DNA of 64,000 bases from an uncultured Pirellulaceae bacterium (GCA_964503615.1 CAZDBA010000003.1:216-64215), one strand, 5' to 3'. Shown: positions 52,400-63,686, counted from the first letter of the stretch. Translations and numbers: made by a program. Notes: generated by a model from the sequence alone, not told the origin.

Positions 52400-54226
52400 A
52401 TGCCGATTGTTACGCTTGAGAATTTGACTATTGGATTTCGCGGTCCGCCGCTTCTGGATAACGTTTCGTGTCGAATCGACGCTGGTCAGCGGATCGGGCT
52501 GTTGGGGAGAAACGGCGCGGGCAAGACCACTCTCATGAGGATTCTTAGTGGGCAAGAGGAGTACGATAGTGGGAACCTGATTTTGCAACAGGGAACCCAT
52601 ATTTCGCTTTTGCAACAAGATGTTCCCCAAGACGTCACCGGTTCGATCGCCGAAATCGTTGCAACCGGCTTGCCCGAGTTGAATGAGGACCATGATGAAC
52701 GGCTCCACTGGCAACAACAGAACGAAGTCCACCAGATCATTTCCCGAATGGAGCTGGATGCCGAAGGGAAATTCGAAACATTGTCTTCGGGCATGAAGCG
52801 TAGAGTTCTGTTGGCTCGCGCGATCGTGTCCAAACCGGGCTTGCTGTTGCTAGACGAACCGACAAACCATCTGGATATCACAGCGATCCATTGGTTGGAA
52901 ACGTTTCTCAGCAAATGGCCTGCTGCGTTCATGTTTGTGACGCATGATCGAATGTTTTTAAGGCGGATGGCCAATCGAATTTTGGAGATCGATCGCGGGC
53001 GGCTTTTTGACTGGTCCTGCGACTACGAAACGTTTCTCGTCCGCAAGGAACAGGCTTTGGCCGCCGAAGAAAAACAGAACGCTCTGTTTGACAAACGATT
53101 GGCTGAAGAAGAGGTCTGGATTCGCCAAGGGATCAAGGCTCGACGAACGCGAAACGAAGGTCGAGTCCGCGCGTTGAAAAAGCTGCGAGAGGAGCGGAGC
53201 GAGCGTCGTAGCGCGGTTAAAACCACCAACTTGAAAATCCAGGAAGGCCAAAAGAGCGGAACGTTGGTGGTCGACGCAAAAGAGTTAACGTTTAAGTACG
53301 AAGACCGAAACATCTTTGAGAATTTTTCGACCAAGATCATGCGTGGAGACAAGGTCGGAATTATCGGGCCCAACGGCGTGGGAAAAACAACGCTGTTGAA
53401 AACGCTACTTGGTGAACTTACACCCGATAGCGGTACGGTAAAACTCGGCACCAATCTGGAGGTTGCGTACTTTGACCAACTTCGAGAACAGCTTGACCCA
53501 GATGCGACCGTTCAGTTTGCTGTAAGTGACGGGTACGACCATATCCAGATCGGTGACACAAAAAAACACATTTATGGTTACTTGCAGGAGTTCCTGTTTG
53601 CCCCAGAACGAGCTCGAACGCCGATCAAGTTCCTTTCCGGTGGCGAACGGAATCGTGTGCTACTTGCAAAACTGTTCACTAAAACTGCAAACCTGATCGT
53701 CTTGGACGAACCAACAAACGACCTCGACACGGAAACGCTTGAGATGCTGGAGGAGCGGTTGGTCGAGTTTGGTGGAACGATCCTAGTCGTCAGCCACGAT
53801 CGTGAGTTTCTGAACAACGTGGTAACCAGTTCGATCGTATTCGAGAACGGCAGTGTCAAAGAGTACGACGGCGGCTACGACGACTGGATCAGGCAAAGCC
53901 ATAAATCTGAAGAGGCGAAGCCTGCAAAGGCCAAGGTAGCCAAAGATCCTAAATCGAAACAGAATTCAGAATCGAAACAGGATTCGCCTGAGCCAAAACT
54001 GAGAAAGCTCAAATACAAAGAAAAATTGGAGCTGGAAAAGCTTCCTCAGCTCATCGAAAAACAGGAATCAGAAATCGCAGTGATCCATAAGGCAATGACC
54101 GATCCTGCGTTCTTTCAACAACCCAAAGAACAAATCGCCGAAAAACAAAACGAACTAAAAGAGCTTGAGGCCTCATTGGCCAAGTCCTACGAGCGATGGG
54201 AAGAACTGGAAGCTCTGTCATCTTAG
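52400..54226 (+). CDS. ABC-F family ATPase (Uup-like)
   Basis: Two ABC cassettes (GRNGAGKTT / LSSGMKRR, and GPNGVGKTT / LSGGERNR). Charged linker, C-terminal coiled-coil, no TM domain. Confidence 0.9.
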   Translation: MPIVTLENLTIGFRGPPLLDNVSCRIDAGQRIGLLGRNGAGKTTLMRILSGQEEYDSGNLILQQGTHISLLQQDVPQDVTGSIAEIVATGLPELNEDHDERLHWQQQNEVHQIISRMELDAEGKFETLSSGMKRRVLLARAIVSKPGLLLLDEPTNHLDITAIHWLETFLSKWPAAFMFVTHDRMFLRRMANRILEIDRGRLFDWSCDYETFLVRKEQALAAEEKQNALFDKRLAEEEVWIRQGIKARRTRNEGRVRALKKLREERSERRSAVKTTNLKIQEGQKSGTLVVDAKELTFKYEDRNIFENFSTKIMRGDKVGIIGPNGVGKTTLLKTLLGELTPDSGTVKLGTNLEVAYFDQLREQLDPDATVQFAVSDGYDHIQIGDTKKHIYGYLQEFLFAPERARTPIKFLSGGERNRVLLAKLFTKTANLIVLDEPTNDLDTETLEMLEERLVEFGGTILVVSHDREFLNNVVTSSIVFENGSVKEYDGGYDDWIRQSHKSEEAKPAKAKVAKDPKSKQNSESKQDSPEPKLRKLKYKEKLELEKLPQLIEKQESEIAVIHKAMTDPAFFQQPKEQIAEKQNELKELEASLAKSYERWEELEALSS

Positions 54227-54626
54227 TTGGTTCAGCTTGTCCGCGCCGCTTTTCGGAAGGGCGACGCTCCCCGCGGAGCCAATTTTCCAACTTCAAATTT
54301 TCGACCGAACCCTGACTGGCTCAAAATGTCCTGTAGCACGTACTCGACTTACAGCGGGCATTTGGTTCCGCTTTTACGGCTTAAAATGTTGATAGGAAGT
54401 GTAGTGAACGTCATGAAAGTGTGAGAGAAACCCTATATTGTTGGCTGGCAAGGACTTACAATCGTTAAGGAGTCTTGGCATTAGTTAGGTCTTAACGTCA
54501 GCTATATTTGTAGACTCTAAGTATCACGAAATCATTGCTGCGCGAGCAGCAAGTTTCGAAGCCTAACTTCTTCGAATAAGATTCGCGATGCTGAAACACT
54601 TCCTGTGGATGCGGTATTACCCCGCA

Positions 54627-55616
54627 ATGAACATGACAGAAGCAACAATCTCTTCGATTGAACCCAGTATCGTACTGCCACTCTTTGGCGCAAAAGATCA
54701 ACATCTTCGACGACTACGAGAACACTTTCCTGTAAAGATCGTTCACCGTGACGGACAGATCCGAGTGATCGGTGATGATGAAAAAGCGGTCTCGCAAGCG
54801 ACAGAAGCGATCGAGATCCTGACTCACATCGTTCGCAAACGTGGCAACCTTACGCCCGCGTTATTTGACGACACGATCGCACGAGTCAAAGGGGAATCAC
54901 CCGGCATCAGCGCATCGCACTCGATCGAAGTGCATGAAGTGGGCCGGCAGATTCGTCCCCGTACTCCTGGGCAGGCAACTTACATCGAAGCCATTCGAAA
55001 CAAAGATCTCGTCTTTGCCACCGGTCCCGCTGGATCAGGTAAAACTTACCTTGCCGTCGCGATGGCGATCGAAGCGCTCAAGCAACAGCAGATTCGGAAA
55101 GTCGTTTTGGTCCGTCCCGCGGTCGAAGCTGGGGAAAGCCTTGGTTATCTTCCAGGTGACATGCAGGCAAAGATCAATCCTTACCTGCGGCCTTTACTGG
55201 ATGCGATTAACGAAATGGTCGGCTACGATCAGGTCCAAAGACTGATTTCTCAGGACGTAATCGAAGTCGTGCCTTTGGCGTATATGCGAGGCAGAACGCT
55301 CAATCAATCGTTTATTATTTTGGATGAAGCCCAAAATAGCACGGTTTCGCAGATGAAAATGTTCTTAACGCGGATGGGACATGATTCTAAAATTGTCGTA
55401 TCGGGCGATCCCACTCAAACTGACCTTCCGAGGTCTCAGCAGAGTGGATTGGCTGATGCACTTAGACGATTGGGCAAGATTGATGGCGTTGCCGCAGTCA
55501 AGCTCACACAAGCCGACATTGTGAGGCATCGCCTGGTGCAAAAGATCGTTGAAGCTTATGACGGCAACAATGACGGTCTTAGTGATTCCAAATCTGCAAA
55601 ACGCAAAAGTAAATAA
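54627..55616 (+). CDS. ybeZ: PhoH-like ATPase
   Basis: GPAGSGKTYLAV, RPAVEAGESLGYLPG, IILDEAQN, GDPTQTDLP. Confidence 0.9.
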   Translation: MNMTEATISSIEPSIVLPLFGAKDQHLRRLREHFPVKIVHRDGQIRVIGDDEKAVSQATEAIEILTHIVRKRGNLTPALFDDTIARVKGESPGISASHSIEVHEVGRQIRPRTPGQATYIEAIRNKDLVFATGPAGSGKTYLAVAMAIEALKQQQIRKVVLVRPAVEAGESLGYLPGDMQAKINPYLRPLLDAINEMVGYDQVQRLISQDVIEVVPLAYMRGRTLNQSFIILDEAQNSTVSQMKMFLTRMGHDSKIVVSGDPTQTDLPRSQQSGLADALRRLGKIDGVAAVKLTQADIVRHRLVQKIVEAYDGNNDGLSDSKSAKRKSK

Positions 55617-55682
55617 AGTACGAACTAAAAGTACGGATAAAGACGGGAGCTGCGACCCAGGTTGTGGCTCCAGTCGATTCTT

Positions 55683-58019
55683 ATGTCAAACAATTCGACA
55701 TCACGCGTACGTCGCTCGCTGCCCAACTCCCGAACCGGCATCAGTGCCGCCACTATGGAGTTTGTCGGTCGTCGCGACGTCTGGTCAAAATTTCTGCTAT
55801 GCGGTTTAACGTCAATCGTATTATGGTTACTGGCATTCGGCTGGAACCCGGCATTCCCCTATCGGACCCGGCAAGCACCCTTGCGCGACATGTACGCGCG
55901 AGCCAGTTTTGAGTTTCTGGATACTCAGAAAACAGACGAAGCTCGCACACGTGCCCGCCGCGAGATCAATTGCTACTACGAAAATGATCGGCAGGTTTTG
56001 GTCGATCTGCGAGGGCAACTGATCGTAGACGTCTTTGAAGTGATGCAGGAATCGATTCAACAAGTCAAAGACGACGTCTGGTCAAAATTCCTTGCCGAGC
56101 CCGATGTAAGCGACATCGATATCGACGACCCGACAAGCGAACTGAACAAGTTTCGCGAGGCGTTGAAAAACGATGAGGCGTTGGAGACTTTGCGAAAAGT
56201 GATCGACAAAGCGTTCCTTGAAATTGACGAGAACGGTTTGTTGACCAACCTGGAACATGAACTCGAAGACGGCAGGTTGGAAGAAATCAAAGTCTACAAC
56301 AAAGGCACTCCGAACGACTGGAAACTGGTCCCGGTCAGCAATGTTCGGATCGCCGAAATCAGTGAGCGTTTGAAATCGAATCTCCGTTTGGAACTCCAAA
56401 ACGAGCCGTCGATTTCTGATCCCTTTCTTGTCGCCGACCGACTGTTTGATTGGCTGCGTCCGCAACTGCCCAGCACACTTAAGCTGGACCCGGACAAAAC
56501 AGAAAAAGATCGGGAGCTTTCTGTCGATTCCGTAGAACCGGAGATGAAAAAATATGAACCAGGTACACCGCTAGACAAAAAATTCGAAGACGCTGGGCGT
56601 TCTGTTATTCGGTGTCGTGTCCCTCTCGATGGAGATGACATCGCTCTATTGAGAGCTGAGCATGATGAGATGGTCAAAAGCATGACGGTGGCACAACACT
56701 TCGCTCGTTCGTGCCTGTTCCTCGGTACCTTTCTCGTGATATTTTCTTTGCTTTGCAGTTATCTCCGGCATCGTGATCAAAATCTGCTGGATGACTTCAA
56801 ACACTTTTCCATGTTGGTTGGATTATCCGGAGCCACGTTTTTACTTGGTTGGATTCTTGCTGCAAACGAAGATCTGCGAGCTGAAATAATCCCCTTCATG
56901 ATCTGCGCGATGATCATCGCCATTGCCTATAACACAGAGCTGGCAATTTTCCTCAGTTCGTTGATCGCGCTGGCGTTTACGATTTTGCACGGATATGGAG
57001 TTGGAGAATTTGTGATCCTGGCAGCGGCAACATGCACTTCAGCGATGCTTTGTGGCACGATTCGCAGTCGTACCAAACTGGTTTACATCGGAATGATTTG
57101 TGCCATTATTACGTTCCCAATCGTGATCGGAATTCACAGCCTACTCGGGCAACCCATTACCAGAGAACTGCTTCGTGACGGCATGTGGTACGCCGGCAGT
57201 GCGGCGTTGGCAGGGCTGTTTATCACCGTCCTGCTGCCGTTTATCGAGCAGTGGTTTGATATTCAAACCGATATCAGTTTGTTGGAATTAGGTGACGCTA
57301 ATCACCCGTTGTTGAAGCAATTAGTCCAGACAGCTCCGGGAACATATAACCACAGTATCAATGTTGCTTCGATTTCAGAAACAGCTGCCAAATCGATCGG
57401 GGCCAACGGACTGCTTTGTCGAGTCGGTGCTTACTTTCACGACGTGGGCAAGGTCCGCAAGCCGGAGTACTTTATCGAGAACCAAAGTGGTGGCGAGAAT
57501 AAACACGACGATCTTGAACCGACGATGAGTACGATCGTCATTATCGCACATGTAAAAGACGGTGCAGAAATGGGACGACAGCACAAACTCCCCCAGCGCA
57601 TCATCGACTTGATCGAACAGCATCATGGAACGACTGTGGTTGAGTTCTTTTACAATCGAGCCAAAGCTCAGCTCGAGGGCGACGAGAATGCCCAACCTGT
57701 GGATCGTGATTCTTTCCGCTACCCTGGCCCCAAACCCCAAACCTCCGAAGCGGCGATCTTGATGCTAGCCGATTCCGTTGAATCAGCCAGTCGAGCGTTG
57801 CGTGAGCCAGCTCCTTCCCGAATTGAAAGTCTTGTTCAGACAATTTTAAAGCACAAATTGAACGATGGGCAGCTTGACGAATGCCCGATCACTTTCCAAC
57901 AATTACATACCATTGAGGAAAGCATGATCAAATCGTTGAATGCGATGTATCATGGCCGAGTAAAGTATCCTGAACAGTCTCAGGACAAAGAAAAACCGAC
58001 CGAAAAACAACTGGCCTAA
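55683..58019 (+). CDS. 7TM-HD membrane phosphohydrolase (PgpH/YqfF-like HDIG protein)
   Basis: Large extracytoplasmic domain, 7 TM helices, HD domain (NHSINVA...YFHDVGK...IIAHVKDG...HHG). Confidence 0.85.
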   Translation: MSNNSTSRVRRSLPNSRTGISAATMEFVGRRDVWSKFLLCGLTSIVLWLLAFGWNPAFPYRTRQAPLRDMYARASFEFLDTQKTDEARTRARREINCYYENDRQVLVDLRGQLIVDVFEVMQESIQQVKDDVWSKFLAEPDVSDIDIDDPTSELNKFREALKNDEALETLRKVIDKAFLEIDENGLLTNLEHELEDGRLEEIKVYNKGTPNDWKLVPVSNVRIAEISERLKSNLRLELQNEPSISDPFLVADRLFDWLRPQLPSTLKLDPDKTEKDRELSVDSVEPEMKKYEPGTPLDKKFEDAGRSVIRCRVPLDGDDIALLRAEHDEMVKSMTVAQHFARSCLFLGTFLVIFSLLCSYLRHRDQNLLDDFKHFSMLVGLSGATFLLGWILAANEDLRAEIIPFMICAMIIAIAYNTELAIFLSSLIALAFTILHGYGVGEFVILAAATCTSAMLCGTIRSRTKLVYIGMICAIITFPIVIGIHSLLGQPITRELLRDGMWYAGSAALAGLFITVLLPFIEQWFDIQTDISLLELGDANHPLLKQLVQTAPGTYNHSINVASISETAAKSIGANGLLCRVGAYFHDVGKVRKPEYFIENQSGGENKHDDLEPTMSTIVIIAHVKDGAEMGRQHKLPQRIIDLIEQHHGTTVVEFFYNRAKAQLEGDENAQPVDRDSFRYPGPKPQTSEAAILMLADSVESASRALREPAPSRIESLVQTILKHKLNDGQLDECPITFQQLHTIEESMIKSLNAMYHGRVKYPEQSQDKEKPTEKQLA

Positions 58020-58022
58020 AAA

Positions 58023-58511
58023 TTGAATACAGTCGAAGTCCACACCGATTCACTACCTGAAAACGTACTTGCCAAAATCCCTTCCTGTACAGACTTGGAA
58101 GCAACGCTGCAAAACGCAGCTCTCAAAACTCTGGCCTACAAGGCGATCGACAACGCAGAAATTAGTATCGCGATCGTCAACGACCAACGGATCCACGAAA
58201 TCAACTTGCAGTTTCTCAATCACGATTACCCTACTGATGTGATCACTTTTGAGCTGGGTGAGAACCCAGCCAATAACAACTTTCAGGCAGAAATCGTTGT
58301 CAGCGCAGAAACGGCAATGAGTGTGGCCAAAGAAGTCGACACAACGTTGGAGATGGAACTGGTTTTGTACGTCGTTCATGGCACACTTCATCTGGCCGGC
58401 TTGGACGACCACTGTGATGAAGATCGAGCTGAGATGCGGGCCAACGAACGGGCGATGATGAATTCGCTTGGATTCGATTATAAATTTGAATCGCCGGAGC
58501 CCGCTGAGTAA
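58023..58511 (+). CDS. ybeY: rRNA maturation RNase YbeY
   Basis: HGTLHLAGLDDH zinc motif. TTG start. phoH-ybeY-corC context. Confidence 0.9.
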   Translation: MNTVEVHTDSLPENVLAKIPSCTDLEATLQNAALKTLAYKAIDNAEISIAIVNDQRIHEINLQFLNHDYPTDVITFELGENPANNNFQAEIVVSAETAMSVAKEVDTTLEMELVLYVVHGTLHLAGLDDHCDEDRAEMRANERAMMNSLGFDYKFESPEPAE

Positions 58512-59806
58512 TGACGCTTGGTCTTTTATTCTGGCTAGCCATCGCCGGCATCGTCCTGACGACATTTGCCGCTACCGGCGCACAAGTTCTCAACGAATTC
58601 GCTAAACACGATCTGGAAGAGTACTGCGAGCGACGCGGTAAGAAAAATCTTTTCGGTACAATACTTGGTCTCGAGGACCGCATGGCTCTGGGAGCAGAGA
58701 CTTTGCGGATCATTGCCACCACGGTCACGATTTGTGCTGCCGTCGGCTGGCTACCCGGCGCTGCGAAACTGGGAGAGTACACAGCCGCACACTGGTTCTC
58801 GGTCGTGGCAATGTTGTCAATAATCATGTTAGCCGCCAACAGCTGGATCCCGTTCGGCATCTCTCAGATCTGCGCGGCAGCTTTTTTGTTCAGAACCTGG
58901 CGAGTCTGGTCTGCAGTTTCGCTTGTGGTTTGGCCGTTGATGGTTGGCAGCCAATTCGTACGCGAGTTGGTGCAACGCGCAACGGGTGCCGAGGAAGACG
59001 AGGACGAGGAAGAAGCACTCGAAGACGAGATTCGGTCGATCGTGTCTGAGGGAGAGCGGGAAGGTTTGGTCGACGAAGACGAACGGGAAATGATCGAAGG
59101 TGTGATCGAACTGGACGAGAAAGATGTCGGCAGCATCATGACGCCCCGCTTCAAAGTCGACTCGTTGGACGTAAACACCAACTGGAGTGAGATGCTGGAG
59201 TTTGTTGTCGAATGCGGTCGAACCCGAATCCCTGTTTTTGAAGACAGTAAAGATAACATTGTCGGTATTTTGTACACCAAAGACCTTCTTCGTGAATCGC
59301 TGCGGCCCGAGTCGAAACGCAAGCCGCTTGTAAAACTCTTGCGCGAACCGATCCGGGTTCCAGAAACCAAGTTGCTGGATGAAATGCTGGAAGAGTTTCG
59401 TAATTTACGAATCCATTTGGCAATCGTGCGCGGCGAATATGGCGGCATGATTGGCGTTGTCACGATCGAAGATGTTCTTGAGGAGATCGTCGGAGAAATC
59501 GTCGACGAAACCGACAACGAGCAGCGAGAAGATATCTGCGTGACCTCGGAGGGAGTTGCAGAGGTATTGGGAGTTGCCCATGTCGAAGTAGTCAACGAGG
59601 TATTGGGACTCCAACTGCCCGAGGACGAAGAGTTCGACACGATCGGCGGACTGATCATGGATCAGCTGAAAGAAGTCCCCCGCGTTGGGCGGCAAGTCGT
59701 TATTGGAAACGCAACGTTCACGATCAAACAAGCCTCACGACGAGCGATCGACACGATCTCGGTCGTCGTCTCCCACGATACTAGCCAACAATCCGAATCG
59801 GCGTAG
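58511..59806 (+). CDS. hemolysin-family / CNNM transporter (DUF21-CBS pair-CorC_HlyC)
   Basis: N-terminal 4 TM helices, CBS pair (IMTPR...IPVFED...), C-terminal transporter-associated domain. Confidence 0.85.
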   Translation: MTLGLLFWLAIAGIVLTTFAATGAQVLNEFAKHDLEEYCERRGKKNLFGTILGLEDRMALGAETLRIIATTVTICAAVGWLPGAAKLGEYTAAHWFSVVAMLSIIMLAANSWIPFGISQICAAAFLFRTWRVWSAVSLVVWPLMVGSQFVRELVQRATGAEEDEDEEEALEDEIRSIVSEGEREGLVDEDEREMIEGVIELDEKDVGSIMTPRFKVDSLDVNTNWSEMLEFVVECGRTRIPVFEDSKDNIVGILYTKDLLRESLRPESKRKPLVKLLREPIRVPETKLLDEMLEEFRNLRIHLAIVRGEYGGMIGVVTIEDVLEEIVGEIVDETDNEQREDICVTSEGVAEVLGVAHVEVVNEVLGLQLPEDEEFDTIGGLIMDQLKEVPRVGRQVVIGNATFTIKQASRRAIDTISVVVSHDTSQQSESA

Positions 59807-59947
59807 CCTGCTCCGCACAGGTAGCAAAACAAGGGTGGGTTTTTATCGCTACCTGTTATCGTTGCCCTTTTTACTACTTATCGAGCCGGCCGAGTTTCGT
59901 TATCTTGGGATGACAAGATAGAAATCTCAGGGAATGTAAATAAAGAC

Positions 59948-61216
59948 ATGTCAGTTCAAAATATCTCTAACGTCACCAATCAAATTTCAGGTGTCAAAGT
60001 TTCGGAAATCGCCGCCAAGTTCGGAACGCCAACGTACGTCTACGATGCCGACACGATTGTGCAACAAATCGAAAAGCTGCGAGCCTTTGACGTGATCCGT
60101 TTTGCTCAAAAAGCAAATTCCAACATCGCCGTGCTCGATCTTATGCGGAAAAATGGCGTAGTCGTTGATGCAGTGAGTGCAGGCGAAGTGTTGCGAGCCC
60201 AGGCCGCCGGCTATGACCTTTCTGACGATAGCCACCCCGTCGTGTTCACGGCTGACTTGTTTGATCGTGAAGCGATCGAGTTGGTTCAGAAATATGGACT
60301 GCACGTCAACGCGGGCTCGTCCGATATGCTTTCGCAGTTGAGCCAGATTTGTCCCGGTGCAAATGTGACTTTGCGAATCAATCCTGGCTTTGGGCATGGC
60401 CATTCGCAAAAAACCAATACAGGCGGCGAGCAATCCAAGCACGGAATCTGGCACGAACAGCTAGAGGAATGTGTTGGAATCGCCAGCTCACACGGACTGA
60501 CGATTACCGGTTTGCATATGCACATCGGATCGGGCACCGATTTCGAGCACTTGTCGCAAGTCTGTGACGCGATGGTTGCTTGTGCAAAGGTTGTTGGACC
60601 TTCGCTCACAACGATCAGCTCCGGCGGTGGACTTCCCACGCCCTATCGTGATGGAGACGCAACAATCGACATCGACCGTTACTTCCAAGTCTGGGATACG
60701 GCTCGAAAGTCACTGGAAACGGAGTTCGGCCATTCGCTCACTTTGGAAATCGAGCCTGGCCGTTTTCTGGTCGCCGAATGCGGTTCCCTCGTTGCCGAAA
60801 TCCGTGCGATCAAGACGATGGGCAGTAACAAGTTCTATCTGGTGGATGCGGGATTCAACAATTTAGCCCGTCCGATTCTTTACGGAGCGTATCACCCCAT
60901 GTCGATCGCCTATGCTGATGGACGCGAGTCGGAATCCAGTGTCGAGTCGGTCGTCGTTGGCGGTCCGCTGTGTGAATCGGGTGATATCTTTACCCAATCC
61001 GAGGGCGGTTTCGTCAGTAGCTGTGAATTACCAACTGCCCAAGTCGGTGATTATCTCGTCATCGGATGTGCGGGAGCGTACGGTTTTGTGATGTCATCCA
61101 ACTACAACAGTAAACCGATGACAGCTGAAGTACTGATCGTCGACGGCAAACCAATCGAAGTTCGCAAGCGGCAGTCCTTGCAAAGCCTGTTCGCCGACGA
61201 GTCGATTCCTTCATAG
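59948..61216 (+). CDS. lysA: diaminopimelate decarboxylase
   Basis: FAQKANSN (PLP Lys), HIGSG, EPGR, CESGD, GAYG. Confidence 0.9.
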   Translation: MSVQNISNVTNQISGVKVSEIAAKFGTPTYVYDADTIVQQIEKLRAFDVIRFAQKANSNIAVLDLMRKNGVVVDAVSAGEVLRAQAAGYDLSDDSHPVVFTADLFDREAIELVQKYGLHVNAGSSDMLSQLSQICPGANVTLRINPGFGHGHSQKTNTGGEQSKHGIWHEQLEECVGIASSHGLTITGLHMHIGSGTDFEHLSQVCDAMVACAKVVGPSLTTISSGGGLPTPYRDGDATIDIDRYFQVWDTARKSLETEFGHSLTLEIEPGRFLVAECGSLVAEIRAIKTMGSNKFYLVDAGFNNLARPILYGAYHPMSIAYADGRESESSVESVVVGGPLCESGDIFTQSEGGFVSSCELPTAQVGDYLVIGCAGAYGFVMSSNYNSKPMTAEVLIVDGKPIEVRKRQSLQSLFADESIPS

Positions 61217-61226
61217 TTTGTATTGG

Positions 61227-62078
61227 CTACCAGACCAGCCATTGGTCTTTGTCTTGCAGCCAATCGGGCAGGTCTGCCATTTCCTCTTCGTTGGGTGGGC
61301 CGGTCAGCCGTTTTGGGCCGTCGTTGGTTATTGCGACGGTGTGTTCGAAATGGGCGGCGTACTTTTTATCTGCAGCGATCTGGGTCCAGCCGTCCTCTAG
61401 GCAGATCAGCTCTTTTGTACCGACCTGAACCATCGGCTCGATCGCGATCACAACACCCGGTCGCAAATCAAAATCGCCGGTCGCGATAAACTCACCGCTG
61501 CAGTAGTTCGGTACCGAGGGGGCTTCATGGAGATTTTTGCCGATGCCATGACCGACCATCTCTTCGACAACGTGAAAACCAGCGTCGTGAACCATCGCTT
61601 CCATTTCAGTCGCCACCTCGCTCCATTTTTTCTTTGTGGCAAGCAAGTCGATGGAAAGGTTGAGTGTTGCTAGAGTGACATCCAGCAAAGATTTTTGCGT
61701 TGCGGTGATTTCCCCGATCGTGTGCGTGTAAGCCGCGTCTCCGCACCAACCTGCAATCCTGCAACCGGTATCTAGGCTGACCACATCACCTTCGACGATT
61801 TTGCGTGGGCCTGGGATTCCGTGGACCAATTCTTCGTTGACCGAGATACAGGTTTCCGCCGGGTAAGGCGTCGGGCCCGGGTAATTCAAAAACAACGGTT
61901 CAGCATTGTTTTCACGAAACACGTTGGCAACCGCTTCGTTCAGCTCTGCAGTGGTTACGCCCGGCTTCATGATTTGATAAGCCGCCTGATGAGCTTGCCA
62001 AACCAGCAAACCCGCCGTTCGCATCTTACGAATCTCACGCGGCGATCTGAGTTCTCGCTGAACCTGTCGGTTGTTCAT
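61227..62078 (-). CDS. map: type I methionyl aminopeptidase
   Basis: SVNEELVHGIP, DVVSLDTG, GDAAYT, GHGIG, IEPM. The ATG at 62078 avoids overlap with lpdA. Confidence 0.9.
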   Translation of the reverse strand: MNNRQVQRELRSPREIRKMRTAGLLVWQAHQAAYQIMKPGVTTAELNEAVANVFRENNAEPLFLNYPGPTPYPAETCISVNEELVHGIPGPRKIVEGDVVSLDTGCRIAGWCGDAAYTHTIGEITATQKSLLDVTLATLNLSIDLLATKKKWSEVATEMEAMVHDAGFHVVEEMVGHGIGKNLHEAPSVPNYCSGEFIATGDFDLRPGVVIAIEPMVQVGTKELICLEDGWTQIAADKKYAAHFEHTVAITNDGPKRLTGPPNEEEMADLPDWLQDKDQWLVW

Positions 62079-62136
62079 ATTTGACGCCTTGCTGCCGCGC
62101 GGAACCGGCAAAAGATTGCTTGCCTGAAAGTTTGAC

Positions 62137-63564
62137 TTACTTCTTTCGCTTGGGCTTGTAGATCTCAGTCGCGGTACCAAAGAACACTTCGCCCGCGTTC
62201 ATGAGTGTTTCGCTCAGTGTTGGATGGGCGTGGACGGTTTCGGTGATATCGCGAATCTCGCAGCCCATTTCGATAGCCAACGTTGCTTCGGCGATCAACT
62301 CTCCAGCCCCGCTACCGACGATTCCGCAGCCCAGAACTCGGCCCGTTTCTGGCTCGACGATCCACTTTGTCAGACCATCCGTGATTCCTAAAGCTTGAGC
62401 ACGACCGCTGGCTGCCCATGGGTAAGTTACAACTTCGTGCTCAACGCCCTCAGCCTTGGCTTCTTCGACAGTCAAACCTGCCCAAGCGATCTCAGGATCG
62501 GTGAAGACGACGGCAGGGATCGCTCGTTTGTCAAAGGTCACAGGGTGTCCCAGGATTACCTCTGCAGCAACGCGGCCTTCGTGGTTGGCTTTGTGCGCCA
62601 ACATCGGTTCACCAGCAGCATCGCCAATTACATAGATGTTGGGGACGGCCGTGCGCTGTTGGTTGTCGTGCTCGATAAATCCACGTTGGTCGGTTTTAAT
62701 CGGGGTATTTTCCAGCCCCAAGTTTTTGGTGTTAGGCCAGCGTCCAACAGAAACCAGCACGCGGTCGTAAAGCTCAGTGCCGAACTTGGCTGGGCCCTCG
62801 AAGGTGACTTGGACCTTCTCTCCCTGCATGCTTACAGAACCAACTTTGGTGTTCAGAAAAATACGGTCTTCAAACAGGTGCTTCAGCCGTTTTTGCAACG
62901 GACGAACGAGATCACGATCGGCGCCCATCAGTAATCCGTCCTGAAGCTCAACCACGCTTACTTTGGTACCAATGTTGGCATAGACCGTTCCCATCTCAAG
63001 CCCGATATAGCCGCCACCGATTACCAGCATCGTTTCGGGGATGTCGGTCAATTGCAAGGCACCGGTAGAATCCATCACGCGATCGTTGCCAAGGTTAAAA
63101 GCACCCGGCATGGCTGGGACACTTCCGGCTGCGATAATGCAATGGTCAAAAGTTAATTGGCGGTCGTCTGGTATCGATTCGTGATCGCCTTCGAGGGTCA
63201 GTGTTTTGCTGTCGGCAAATTTTGCAAACGCCGAAATGACTTTTACTTTTCTAGCTTTAGCGAGCTTTCCCAGCCCACCCGACAAAGTAGAAATCACGCT
63301 TTCCTTACGAGCGCGAAGTTTGTCGATTTCGATTTTTGGGTTGTTGAATTCGACACCCCATTCGGAGCCCATCTCTTCTGCTTCGTGGATCACTTTGGCC
63401 ACGTGCAATAGAGCCTTTGAGGGGATACAGCCGCGAAGCAAGCAGGTGCCGCCCAGTTTTCCTTCGGCTTCAACAAGTGTAACTTCGAGACCTTCGTCAG
63501 CGGCCAAAAATGCGGCAGCGTATCCACCAGGTCCACCGCCAATAACAACGACTTGCGTATGCAT
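62137..63564 (-). CDS. lpdA: dihydrolipoyl dehydrogenase
   Basis: VIGGGPGGY, GGTCLLRGCIPSK redox disulfide, HAHPTLSE. Confidence 0.95.
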   Translation of the reverse strand: MHTQVVVIGGGPGGYAAAFLAADEGLEVTLVEAEGKLGGTCLLRGCIPSKALLHVAKVIHEAEEMGSEWGVEFNNPKIEIDKLRARKESVISTLSGGLGKLAKARKVKVISAFAKFADSKTLTLEGDHESIPDDRQLTFDHCIIAAGSVPAMPGAFNLGNDRVMDSTGALQLTDIPETMLVIGGGYIGLEMGTVYANIGTKVSVVELQDGLLMGADRDLVRPLQKRLKHLFEDRIFLNTKVGSVSMQGEKVQVTFEGPAKFGTELYDRVLVSVGRWPNTKNLGLENTPIKTDQRGFIEHDNQQRTAVPNIYVIGDAAGEPMLAHKANHEGRVAAEVILGHPVTFDKRAIPAVVFTDPEIAWAGLTVEEAKAEGVEHEVVTYPWAASGRAQALGITDGLTKWIVEPETGRVLGCGIVGSGAGELIAEATLAIEMGCEIRDITETVHAHPTLSETLMNAGEVFFGTATEIYKPKRKK

Positions 63565-63686
63565 TAAAGTTTGTCCCTTGAAAAAAAGAAAGCGGCATCC
63601 TGTTGGAATGCCGCTTCTGATTTTAACTGAATGTTTTCAGATGTATATTGAGTTCTAACGGGTGTTGATGAACAACCAATTCACAA

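Noticed and set aside
52295-52732. 145-aa minus-strand ORF overlapping the start of the ABC-F gene
   Set aside because: It is antisense to a gene with unambiguous ABC motifs. No features of its own.
58864-59658. 264-aa Ser-rich minus-strand ORF
   Set aside because: It is antisense to the DUF21-CBS-CorC gene. The extreme Ser/Thr bias is the mirror of the Glu/Asp/Val-rich sense strand.
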